DNA of 20,000 nt from an uncultured virus (IMG/VR IMGVR_UViG_3300011813_000035) (IMGVR_UViG_3300011813_000035:113195-133194); one strand, 5' to 3'. Shown: positions 1-8,255, numbered from the stretch's first letter. Notes: a model not told the origin generated them from the letters alone. A program made the numbers and translations.

Positions 1-1
1 T

Positions 2-298
2 CATATTTTACGGATTAAAGATTTTATTGTTAGATACTGTGAAGGAGAAGAATATCGTACACTCTTAATTCCAAAGAACAAAGAAGAACTATTAGACGTT
101 AAGGCAAATTATCATTATGAATTGGAATATTCTAAATCATTGGCAAAGTCAACGTGTGATTGGATTAAGGAATATAAAGATGAGTATATGAAAAATAATC
201 CTGTTAAAATTGATGAACGGGCAGAGAATATTATGACAAAGGTAATGACGGATTTGATTACCTTCAGTATAAAACGAGAGGTAAACAACAATGGATAA
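2..298 (+). CDS. C-terminal part of a probable phage nucleotidyltransferase (Pol-beta-like), truncated by the window edge
   Basis: Frame 2 is open from base 2 to TAA 296-298 (HILRIKDFIVRYCEGEEYRTLLIPKNKEELLDVK...), overlapping the next ATG at 291. The HILR..F..RY..G pattern recalls phage nucleotidyltransferase C-termini; the function is inference. Confidence 0.5.
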   Translation, partial: HILRIKDFIVRYCEGEEYRTLLIPKNKEELLDVKANYHYELEYSKSLAKSTCDWIKEYKDEYMKNNPVKIDERAENIMTKVMTDLITFSIKREVNNNG

Positions 299-1184
299 AC
301 CTATATTTAGGATTATGATAGGGCTTTCTGCATCAGGAAAGTCTACCGTTGCAAAAAAGATAGCAAATGAAGATGATTGCGTAATTATATCATCAGATAG
401 TATACGAGGTGAAATATGCGACGGTGGAGTAATCGACCAAACCCAAAATGATGAAGTGTTTAGGATTTTTCATAAAAGAATTAAGGATAATTTGAGGTCT
501 GGTAAAAATGTTATTGCAGACGCTACCAATATTAATATGAAGGCAAGGCGTAGCTTGCTTGAAAATGTAAAGAGCGCTGATTGCCATAAAATTGCCTACA
601 TAGTACCAAAATCAGTTGAGAGGTGTATTGAGGACAATATTTATAAAGAATACCCAGTACCTCATCATGTAATCCAAAAGCAAATGATGAATTTTCAGAT
701 CCCTTTTTTAGAAGAAGGTTTCGATGAAATTCAGATACACAGGTTTAATAAAGAATATGAGTTAGCACTTACTGATCTTCAGATCAAAATGATTGGCTTT
801 AATCAAAATAATCCTTATCATAATATGACGTTGAGCAATCACTGCACATATACCGGTTTATTATTTGCAGATAACTACGGAAGAGATTATAGGGACGCTG
901 CCTATATTCATGACATTGGAAAACTGTTTACACAGAAATTTGATAACAATGGTGTTGCACACTATTATCAACATGAAAATGTAGGTAGTTATTATCTGTT
1001 GAGTAATTACAATAATCTAGATATTGACGAACAATCAATTTTAAATATGTGTTTTCTGCTAAACTACCATATGATGCCGATGTCGTGGGACAGTAATAAA
1101 TCAAAACTGAAATGGAAGAAAAGGTTTGGAGAATATAAATATCAGATGCTTTTAGACTTTAATGAGTGCGATAAAAGCCGATGA
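291..1184 (+). CDS. Polynucleotide-kinase-like P-loop (AAA_33) domain fused to an HD phosphohydrolase domain
   Basis: Walker A GLSASGKST, SSDSIR and DATN motifs; C-terminal HD domain (H...H...HDIGK...HENVG...H...D). Confidence 0.85.
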   Translation: MDKPIFRIMIGLSASGKSTVAKKIANEDDCVIISSDSIRGEICDGGVIDQTQNDEVFRIFHKRIKDNLRSGKNVIADATNINMKARRSLLENVKSADCHKIAYIVPKSVERCIEDNIYKEYPVPHHVIQKQMMNFQIPFLEEGFDEIQIHRFNKEYELALTDLQIKMIGFNQNNPYHNMTLSNHCTYTGLLFADNYGRDYRDAAYIHDIGKLFTQKFDNNGVAHYYQHENVGSYYLLSNYNNLDIDEQSILNMCFLLNYHMMPMSWDSNKSKLKWKKRFGEYKYQMLLDFNECDKSR

Positions 1185-1478
1185 ATTCTGTGTTTCAAAG
1201 AACAGTACTCCCAGAATAGTAATTTGGCGATTGTTATTCTGGTCAACACAAGCACATAAATTCAGTCAATAAATTCATTGAAAACCTCAGAAATAGTTAC
1301 TTTATAAGAGAATATACAGCTATACAACGGTTGAATATCATTATGTTTTACCGTTAAAACTCCGCTTTCATCTGGTGGTCGCGAACACTGGGTTTAAGCG
1401 CAACAATAAAAAATAAGAAAGGTAAAACAGTAAATTCTAGGATAAAGAGAATGCGCATTCCCTGTATATAGGGAAAAT

Positions 1479-2942
1479 TTGAATACAGAAAATAAATGCG
1501 GAGCTTTAAAGACATGGGAGTTAGTAAACTTCTGTGAGTTTGATAAATATGCGGTAAAGAGTTATTGTGCGATACATAATGAATCAGAAGATAAGAACCT
1601 TGGTGATATTACCAAAGTTGATGAAACAAAATTGAATACATTCAATATGGTTGTTGGTGGCAGTCCTTGCCAGGACTTTAGTGTTGCCGGTAAGCAGAAG
1701 GGATCTGTTTGGACTTGTAAGGACTGTGGAAGTGAATATAATCCACTAACGGTTCATTGGAGTAAAAGAAATACATGTCCACATTGTAACAGCGAAAATC
1801 TTGATAAATCGCGTTCTTCTTTGCTTGTAGAATGGCTTCGAGTTATTAGGGGGAACAGACCAAACTTTGGTATCTATGAAAATGTAAAGAATATTGTGGG
1901 AAAGCAGTTTAAAGAAACTTTTAAAATGTTTACGGATGAATTAATAGAGTATGACTATGATGTCTATTGGAAAGTTCTTAACGCAAAAGATTATGGTGTT
2001 CCACAAAATAGAGAACGAGTTTACCTCATCATTATTAAAAAAGAATTTGATAATGGAAAGTTTAAATATCCAACTCCTTTTGATAACGGTATAAGATTGA
2101 AAGATATATTGGAAGATGATGTAGATGAGAAATATTATATTTCAGAAGATAAAGTAAAGAAATTTTTGAATAACTTGACCTTTAATGTTACATCAGATGA
2201 AAACAATCCGAAATTCTTAGGAAATATCAATAGACCTGACTTTGGAACTGGATATGCTGGTGGTGTCTGGGATATAAAAAATATATCACCAACTCTTACA
2301 ACCATGCAAGGCGGAGGTAGACAGCCACATATTATTACATCATTGGTTTCAAATAAGGGTGAGAAATTTGAAAGAGAAACTGAAGTAGCTAACACTTTAT
2401 TGGCTAGAGATTACAAAGGTTTTGGTAATCAAGCAATGAATGCGGTAATTGAAAGAAGTAATCATTCAACCATCGCAGTAAAACAAGCTACAAAAAAAGG
2501 CTACATCGAATGCGAAATCGGAGGAGTTGCGGATTTATCATATCCAGACAGTAAAACAAGACGCGGAAGAGTACAAGATGGTGGCATGATTTCTCCAACA
2601 ATAACAGCTACAGAAACCGGAATTTGCAGAATTGAAAGCCAAATTAAAATAAGAAAATTGATTCCTCTTGAATGTTATAGGCTAATGGGATTTTCAGATT
2701 CAAATTTTAAAGCTGCCGAAAAGGTAGTTAGCAACAGCCAATTATACAAACAGGCTGGTAACAGTATCGTCGTAGATGTTTTATATTACATATTAGTCGA
2801 ACTATATAAGGCAATGCCATATTTATTCAATGACTTAAAACTAGGAAGCTATTTTTCGGGAATTGGTGCATTTGAAACCGCTTTAGATAGACTGTTTGAA
2901 GGTATTAACTCTGGAAATTTTACGCAACCACAAGTGGATTAA
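1479..2942 (+). CDS. DNA (cytosine-5)-methyltransferase, circularly permuted, with a Zn-ribbon insertion
   Basis: Motif IV GGSPCQDFS, VI ENV, VIII PQNRER, IX RKL...ECYRLMGF, X YKQAGNS. Motif I (SYFSGIGAFE) lies at the C-terminus. CKDC...CPHC insert after motif IV. TTG start. Confidence 0.9.
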   Translation: MNTENKCGALKTWELVNFCEFDKYAVKSYCAIHNESEDKNLGDITKVDETKLNTFNMVVGGSPCQDFSVAGKQKGSVWTCKDCGSEYNPLTVHWSKRNTCPHCNSENLDKSRSSLLVEWLRVIRGNRPNFGIYENVKNIVGKQFKETFKMFTDELIEYDYDVYWKVLNAKDYGVPQNRERVYLIIIKKEFDNGKFKYPTPFDNGIRLKDILEDDVDEKYYISEDKVKKFLNNLTFNVTSDENNPKFLGNINRPDFGTGYAGGVWDIKNISPTLTTMQGGGRQPHIITSLVSNKGEKFERETEVANTLLARDYKGFGNQAMNAVIERSNHSTIAVKQATKKGYIECEIGGVADLSYPDSKTRRGRVQDGGMISPTITATETGICRIESQIKIRKLIPLECYRLMGFSDSNFKAAEKVVSNSQLYKQAGNSIVVDVLYYILVELYKAMPYLFNDLKLGSYFSGIGAFETALDRLFEGINSGNFTQPQVD

Positions 2943-2955
2943 ACTCTGCTTGTGG
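2915..2955 (+). promoter_or_regulatory. Putative -1 programmed ribosomal frameshift signal
   Basis: In-frame slippery heptamer A AAT TTT (2915-2921), 6-nt spacer, 11-bp stem CCACAAGTGGA/TCTGCTTGTGG (2928-2938/2945-2955). The -1 frame stays open to 3250. Confidence 0.75.
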
Positions 2956-3250
2956 AGATCAACCAGTATTACTAGGTGGAGTTGGAGAAATAAACTTTGG
3001 GAAGCAATATAGGCAAGGAAATAGGATTTATGATTCAGACCATATTGCAATGTGCCTATTATCTCAGCCGGTGGGGAATACAGGAGGATACAGTTATTTG
3101 TACGCAGTATATGAACCAATTTGTGTAGCTATGAGAGGTAGATACAACGAAGATGGGAAGATTCGGCAACAATTAGAACTAAGACATGATGGTCTGACTA
3201 ACACGCTTACCACTGTAACAAAAGATAATCTTGTCTTAGAACATATATGA
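2921..3250 (+). CDS. MTase TRD-like module, probably the -1 frameshift extension of 1479..2942 (includes track ORF 3050..3250)
   Basis: Frame open from just after TAA 2906-2908: YATTSGLNSACGDQPVLLGGVGEINFGKQYRQGNRIYDSDHIAMCL...MRGR...QQLELRHDGLTNTLTTVTKDNLV. These segments resemble phage C5-MTase variable regions. No good RBS before ATG 3050. Confidence 0.7.
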   Translation, partial: YATTSGLNSACGDQPVLLGGVGEINFGKQYRQGNRIYDSDHIAMCLLSQPVGNTGGYSYLYAVYEPICVAMRGRYNEDGKIRQQLELRHDGLTNTLTTVTKDNLVLEHI

Positions 3251-3289
3251 AATTAAAGATTTATAGCTAGATAGAATAGGAGAACGAGA

Positions 3290-3874
3290 GTGAAAAGTAG
3301 TATAAATTATAGCAATTATATTGGAAGATATTTCAAGCAAAACAAAGACATCAACCACCTTGTGTTTAAAATACTTGGCTATGATGGTAGATACTTTAGA
3401 GCAGAGCAGTATTATTTAGCATTGGGCTATAGCGTAAGACAAGAAAATTGTGGCTATCAAGTCTCTTTTTTAGATGCAGATAATTTTGAGGAAATAACAG
3501 AGAAAGAATTTATGGGTATAGTTAGCTTATGTGATCGTCCATATATAGTCAAATATGACGAAAATGATAAACCTACCTTTTATAATGTAGATGGTAAACC
3601 TATTTTTAAACATATGAAAAAGGAGGATTTTAAAGTGACAAAAAAGTATATGCTTGGTGTTTCTAAAAACGGAATTAGCAGTTTTATATACGAAAAGGGT
3701 AGTGAGTATCTAAAGACATTCGAAAATTATAATCAAGCTTTAGAGGAAAAGAAAAAATTAGGTGACTATGATGATGTGTTTATATACTGTACAAAAATCT
3801 ATATGCCCAAAAGACTTATTCAAATTTTGTTTAGTATTTTATGCAATCTTAAAAGATTGAATTTGAAAGAATGA
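3290..3874 (+). CDS. Hypothetical phage protein (possibly two fused small genes)
   Basis: RBS AGGAG before GTG 3290; second in-frame AAGGAGG (3620-3626) plus GTG at 3635. Confidence 0.7.
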   Translation: MKSSINYSNYIGRYFKQNKDINHLVFKILGYDGRYFRAEQYYLALGYSVRQENCGYQVSFLDADNFEEITEKEFMGIVSLCDRPYIVKYDENDKPTFYNVDGKPIFKHMKKEDFKVTKKYMLGVSKNGISSFIYEKGSEYLKTFENYNQALEEKKKLGDYDDVFIYCTKIYMPKRLIQILFSILCNLKRLNLKE

Positions 3875-3897
3875 TTTCTTTGGTATCTTCAATACAT

Positions 3898-3931
3898 AAA
3901 AATAATTACACCTATATAATGGTGTAATTAT
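3898..3931 (-). terminator. Rho-independent terminator of the minus-strand 97-aa gene
   Basis: 11-bp stem ATAATTACACC (3902-3912)/GGTGTAATTAT (3921-3931), followed on the minus strand by a T run. Confidence 0.7.
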
Positions 3932-3939
3932 AATCATGA

Positions 3940-4233
3940 TTATTTAATAGTAGATAAAGAATATTGAAAGACAGGCATTAATGTATCGTCCTTATAAAGA
4001 CCAAGGCTACTTTTAAAGTTATTCTGATTTTCTTTGCATGAAATAAGTGAGTCCTGAGTAATTTCATTATTGTCGTTTAAAACAATACAAATATGGCCAT
4101 TTTGATAACCATCAAAAGTCCAGGTAAAGAAGTATTTATTATCATCAAGCTTATCAAAGACTAATTCGAACTTTGATAAATTGTCCATGATTTTCTTACC
4201 GGTTTTCACAGAACCGTTTAATCGCATAGGCAT
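3940..4233 (-). CDS. Hypothetical 97-aa moron protein with its own promoter and terminator
   Basis: RBS GAGGTG upstream of ATG; promoter at 4257-4285; terminator at 3898-3931. Confidence 0.75.
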   Translation of the reverse strand: MPMRLNGSVKTGKKIMDNLSKFELVFDKLDDNKYFFTWTFDGYQNGHICIVLNDNNEITQDSLISCKENQNNFKSSLGLYKDDTLMPVFQYSLSTIK

Positions 4234-4256
4234 TTAATCACCTCTTTTTTATTTAA

Positions 4257-4285
4257 AGTATAAACCCAATATTTGCTCATGTCAA
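4257..4285 (-). promoter_or_regulatory. SigmaA promoter TTGACA-N17-TATACT
   Basis: -35 at 4280-4285, -10 at 4257-4262, 17-nt spacer. Confidence 0.85.
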
Positions 4286-4453
4286 TAAAATATGATTTCA
4301 GAATAAAAGGAGAAGATTAAAAAGAGAATACATGATTGAAAACTAAGAATATTAAATTAGGTTTACCAGAGTTAAGATTACAAGTGTTGAGTTATGTTGT
4401 GTTGGGATAACAAAATAAGCTATTAAATGACGATTTCAAAGGAGGATAAATAA

Positions 4454-5584
4454 GTGAGCGAGTGCTACGAATTAACACTAACACAAAATTACGTTTCAGA
4501 TTGGACGTTTTGCGATGCAATTAGAGAACTTATTCAAAATGGCACAGATCAAGAAATATTAGATAATAGTAATGATTTTTCTATAAACTATGATTACAAA
4601 AATGAAATATTAAGATTTACTAATTCTAAGTCAAAGCTAAGTATTAATACTTTACTATTGGGTAAAAGCAGTAAGAGTGACAATGACGATACAGTAGGAC
4701 AATTTGGCGAAGGTTACAAGATAGCCGCACTTGTTTTGAATAGATTAGGAAAAACTTTTACAGTTTATAATAATGAGAAAAACGAAGTGTGGAAATCAAG
4801 TTTTAAAAACAGTGAAAAGTGGAGAGAAAAAATACTCTCATTTTATATTGAAAAATCTCCTACTAAGGACAAGGGACTAGTCATTGAAATTGGTAATGTG
4901 AGTAGTAGGGAGAATAATGATTTATATGACGTATGGCTTGGCTTCTATGACTTTGATGAATCTGAAAGAATCGAAACCACGTACGGAGACATTCTTTTAT
5001 CAGAAGATTTTAAGGATAGGATATTCGTAAATGGACTATCAATAAATTGTACTGAAGAAATGAAATATGGATATAATTTCAAGCCCAAATATATAAAGCT
5101 TGAACGTGACAGGAAAACGTGTGATAGCTGGCAAGCCAGGGATACAACATCGTTAATGATTGCAGAAGCCATGGTAAGAGGAAAAATGGAAATAGAAACT
5201 GTTAAAAGAATGGTCGAGAGTAATGTAAATGATGTTTACAATATGGATTTTAATGGTTACGAAAATAATGTAGTTGAAGTAAAGAATATGCTTATCTCAG
5301 AATTTGACAAACAAAATCCTACATTATATTCAATACCTGTACAATCACAAGAGGATATCAATAAGGTTAAGGCGTATGGTGGAAATCCAGTAGTCGTGCC
5401 ATCAAAGGTAGCGTCCTTACTAAAGCGAGAGACTGAAAAGAGAATAAATGAATTAGTTTCTCTCCCAGTTGAAAAGACACTTTCCCTAAGAGAAAAATTT
5501 CAGAGATGGTATGATATTTACGCTAATAAGCTTGATACAACGCCTAAAAGTGAGTTGTCAGGATTGATTAATGAGATCCAGTAA
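4454..5584 (+). CDS. GHKL (HATPase_c)-type ATPase domain protein
   Basis: N-box RELIQNGTD and G-box GQFGEGYK; RBS GGAGG, GTG start. Confidence 0.75.
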   Translation: MSECYELTLTQNYVSDWTFCDAIRELIQNGTDQEILDNSNDFSINYDYKNEILRFTNSKSKLSINTLLLGKSSKSDNDDTVGQFGEGYKIAALVLNRLGKTFTVYNNEKNEVWKSSFKNSEKWREKILSFYIEKSPTKDKGLVIEIGNVSSRENNDLYDVWLGFYDFDESERIETTYGDILLSEDFKDRIFVNGLSINCTEEMKYGYNFKPKYIKLERDRKTCDSWQARDTTSLMIAEAMVRGKMEIETVKRMVESNVNDVYNMDFNGYENNVVEVKNMLISEFDKQNPTLYSIPVQSQEDINKVKAYGGNPVVVPSKVASLLKRETEKRINELVSLPVEKTLSLREKFQRWYDIYANKLDTTPKSELSGLINEIQ

Positions 5585-5605
5585 TATTGTTGATAGGAGA
5601 AAATA

Positions 5606-5941
5606 ATGAAAACATATATTGATAATAACGTAAAAATTAATGGAAATGATTTCACTGACTACGACAGAGCTATTGAATACATAGGTAAAATAATGAAAAG
5701 AAATAAAAGTTATATATATCAATGTGATTACTGTGGCAAAAATTGTAAACATACTCCGGAGTTCATCCTTCCAGTCATTAAGTCAATTGAAACCTGTGCA
5801 TATGGAGGACATAGAGGAGCTAAGTTGGCAACTGCTGTAGGAAGTATAATGGATAATGAACAGAGAGATATTTGTCCTAGTTGTCAAAAGAAACTTGCAA
5901 GGTTGGCGAGTTTGATACCTAATGTCATTCTTACGGAATGA
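5606..5941 (+). CDS. Hypothetical protein with two CxxC pairs (Zn-binding)
   Basis: CDYC...CPSC; RBS AGGAG. Confidence 0.7.
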   Translation: MKTYIDNNVKINGNDFTDYDRAIEYIGKIMKRNKSYIYQCDYCGKNCKHTPEFILPVIKSIETCAYGGHRGAKLATAVGSIMDNEQRDICPSCQKKLARLASLIPNVILTE

Positions 5942-5973
5942 AAGAGAGGTTTCATGACGGAAGGAGGGTATAC

Positions 5974-6255
5974 ATGTTCATTGAATCAGGAGAAGAAAGG
6001 GTATTGAAACCAATAGATATTGCATATATGACAGGAAAATCTAAAACACCGATCGATTATGATTTTAAAACTGAAAAAGAAATCTTGGATAATCTCGTGG
6101 CTGCTTGGAACGCATTTGTGAAACTTCCGGTTACTCACCCGATGGAATTAGGAGATTTTTGTGATGGAATACATAGATGTCAGTACGTGTTAATGGCGAG
6201 AGAAGCTAGGAGAAGCAGACCGGATATTTATCCTTTTAAAGAAAAAAATGAATGA
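5974..6255 (+). CDS. Hypothetical phage protein (start revised from 5938 to 5974)
   Basis: AAGGAGG at 5961-5967 precedes in-frame ATG 5974; the 5938 start overlaps a boundary motif. Confidence 0.7.
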   Translation: MFIESGEERVLKPIDIAYMTGKSKTPIDYDFKTEKEILDNLVAAWNAFVKLPVTHPMELGDFCDGIHRCQYVLMAREARRSRPDIYPFKEKNE

Positions 6256-6297
6256 TTAACAGATAAAAGCGATGTTTCATGACAGAAAGGAGTTTTA

Positions 6298-6741
6298 ATG
6301 TTTAATAAGTATTACACGGAAAACCACAAAACTACCAATAATACAACAAATATTTTTAATATTCCAGATGAATATATAATACATCATCGAAATCAAAATG
6401 ATGATATTGATAGACTTAAATACTACATCGAAAATGCAAGTGCTGTTGATAGTTGCGCGATATGGCTAGATGTTTTATATCCAATAACAAAGAAAATAAA
6501 GGATAGTGTAACTAATTATATCATGAGGGATTACAAAGGGGAAGAACATACTTTAACGATTTCCGTAAGTGAACCACAATTTGTCACGGCTCTTTCAATC
6601 CCAAAAACAAGAGATTCGATGAGCGTAATTAGTAATAGTATACGAACACAGTTTAACATGAACAATTACATAATGGTAAATACGGATATATTTAACGGTG
6701 ATTTTAAGATTGTAATTAGATTATTAGGTCGGATAGAATAA
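6298..6741 (+). CDS. Hypothetical protein
   Basis: RBS AAAGGAG, 147 aa, flanked by boundary motifs. Confidence 0.7.
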   Translation: MFNKYYTENHKTTNNTTNIFNIPDEYIIHHRNQNDDIDRLKYYIENASAVDSCAIWLDVLYPITKKIKDSVTNYIMRDYKGEEHTLTISVSEPQFVTALSIPKTRDSMSVISNSIRTQFNMNNYIMVNTDIFNGDFKIVIRLLGRIE

Positions 6742-6766
6742 TACATTCAATTAAGAGGGAGATAAA

Positions 6767-7015
6767 ATGTTAAATATTTTTAAAAAAGGTCATGAAACGC
6801 TTACATCTGATATTGATACATGGGTAGTTAGATGGAATAGGAGATATGGAGATTTTAGTGGAAGTTATGAGAAAACAGCACAATTTTTTACAGATAAAAG
6901 TGAAGCTCTTAGATTTCAAGAAGAATTAAAACGTGCCATTAAATTGTTAGGACATACCGCGTCTCACTTAACAGATGTACGGTGTGAAAGAGTTAAGAAA
7001 AACAGTTGTGAATAA
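6767..7015 (+). CDS. Hypothetical protein
   Basis: RBS GAGGAG, 82 aa, flanked by boundary motifs. Confidence 0.7.
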   Translation: MLNIFKKGHETLTSDIDTWVVRWNRRYGDFSGSYEKTAQFFTDKSEALRFQEELKRAIKLLGHTASHLTDVRCERVKKNSCE

Positions 7016-7050
7016 AACAAACCTTTCAAATAGAATGGAGGTGATTTTAA

Positions 7051-7382
7051 ATAGAAGGAGCGTGTAGTAACCAAGTTGTAAAATGCATTATTTATACTAA
7101 TGATTTAGAACTGGGAAGAAGTAAACTGAAAGAAATTGAAAAAGATAAAGGGTCACAGGAATTTATATCATTAAGAAGATCAGATCCCAGTATAACAACG
7201 AGACAATATTCGATGACGGAGAAGAATGGATCACAGTAAAGCCTAACAATGGAGCAAGGGGATATAGGTGGAGAAAAGCATGGATAGATGTCAAGACCCC
7301 TTATGAACAGCTTACAACATGTGTGCTACCATATGGAGATTGGTATAGGTGGGAAGATCCAAAGTATTTTAATTGGGATTGA
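7051..7382 (+). pseudogene. Frameshifted hypothetical gene
   Basis: RBS GGAGGTG then ATA-initiated frame IEGACSNQVVKCIIYTNDLELG...; after ~7150 the coding-like sequence continues in the -1 frame (TGIYIIKKIRSQYNNETIFDDGEEWITVKPNNGARGYRWRKAWID...WD, TGA 7380-7382). Confidence 0.6.
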
Positions 7383-7409
7383 AATCAACATTTGAAAGGA
7401 GAAAATTAC

Positions 7410-7562
7410 GTGAGCAAAGTTAGGTTGGCTGGTATGAGAGTAGGAACTACCGGAATCCTGGGTGCTGTTTTGAATATGTGTAACAAAGGAAAGAGTGTCT
7501 CTGACATTAAAACGTTCTGTGAAACATCATTAAATTTAGACGGTATGAAGGAGGATAAATAA
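7410..7562 (+). CDS. 50-aa hypothetical protein (below the track cutoff)
   Basis: RBS AAAGGAG, GTG start, MSKVRLAGMRVGTTGILGAVLNMCNKGKSVSDIKTFCETSLNLDGMKEDK; ends adjacent to the next ATG. Confidence 0.55.
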   Translation: MSKVRLAGMRVGTTGILGAVLNMCNKGKSVSDIKTFCETSLNLDGMKEDK

Positions 7563-7563
7563 T

Positions 7564-7833
7564 ATGGAATTAAATGAATATTGGTCTGCACAAGCAGTGG
7601 AGGAATATAAAAGCATGTTGTATGAACAGAAAATGCAACACTATGGTTTAGCCTGTGAATTACAGGCACCACACGTAATTCATAATGCAGAAATAAAACA
7701 AGATGGAGATATGTGGTGTTGTATTTTGGGTGATCTGCCTACGGGTGTCGTCGGATTTGGAAAAACTCCGAAAGAAGCATGTGATGAGTTTGATATAGTT
7801 TGGCACGAAGGATATAAGACAACCAAACAGTAA
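7564..7833 (+). CDS. Small protein with a HicB-antitoxin-like C-terminal segment
   Basis: DGDMWCCILGDLPTGVVGFGKTPKEA resembles the HicB N-terminal pattern (D/E-G...PDLPG....G.T.EEA); RBS AAGGAGG. Confidence 0.5.
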   Translation: MELNEYWSAQAVEEYKSMLYEQKMQHYGLACELQAPHVIHNAEIKQDGDMWCCILGDLPTGVVGFGKTPKEACDEFDIVWHEGYKTTKQ

Positions 7834-7851
7834 ATTGAAGGGAGATGCAAA

Positions 7852-8184
7852 GTGGAACAAAGTAGGAATAGGGTTAAAAAATTAAACGATACTTCAGACT
7901 ACAAGTATGCGGCAAGACAATATAAAGATTATTCAATAGCGAAAGAAATTGAGTCGGATCTTAAAGTAATGGTATATGCGATTTTGGGGAGTAAAAAAGA
8001 TATAGACGTTCAAAGCTCAAAGACCCCAAGTTGTTTTGGAGTCGTAGGGAAGGAACCTAAATATTATTGGTTTGCCTATATCAAGCCAGGTGGTTATATG
8101 TTCTTAGCAGAGTCTGAAATCGAATTATATTGTAACATCATTGCTAAAATTGTTGGGAATAGACTGTATATACCATTCAGTTAA
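7852..8184 (+). CDS. Hypothetical protein
   Basis: RBS AAGGGAG, GTG start, 110 aa. Confidence 0.65.
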   Translation: MEQSRNRVKKLNDTSDYKYAARQYKDYSIAKEIESDLKVMVYAILGSKKDIDVQSSKTPSCFGVVGKEPKYYWFAYIKPGGYMFLAESEIELYCNIIAKIVGNRLYIPFS

Positions 8185-8231
8185 TAACGTTAAAACGGAA
8201 GTTTTATAGCTCAACAGGTGACAAGGTAAAC

Positions 8232-8252
8232 AAAAAAGGCGACATGATCGCC
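8232..8252 (-). terminator. Rho-independent terminator of the RT operon
   Basis: Minus strand GGCGA-TCATG-TCGCC-TTTTTT, 3 nt after the RT stop codon. Confidence 0.8.
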
Positions 8253-8255
8253 CAA

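Noticed and set aside
3050..3250. Independent 66-aa gene
   Set aside because: No RBS; the frame is open and TRD-like upstream back to the slippery site, so it is better explained as the frameshift extension.
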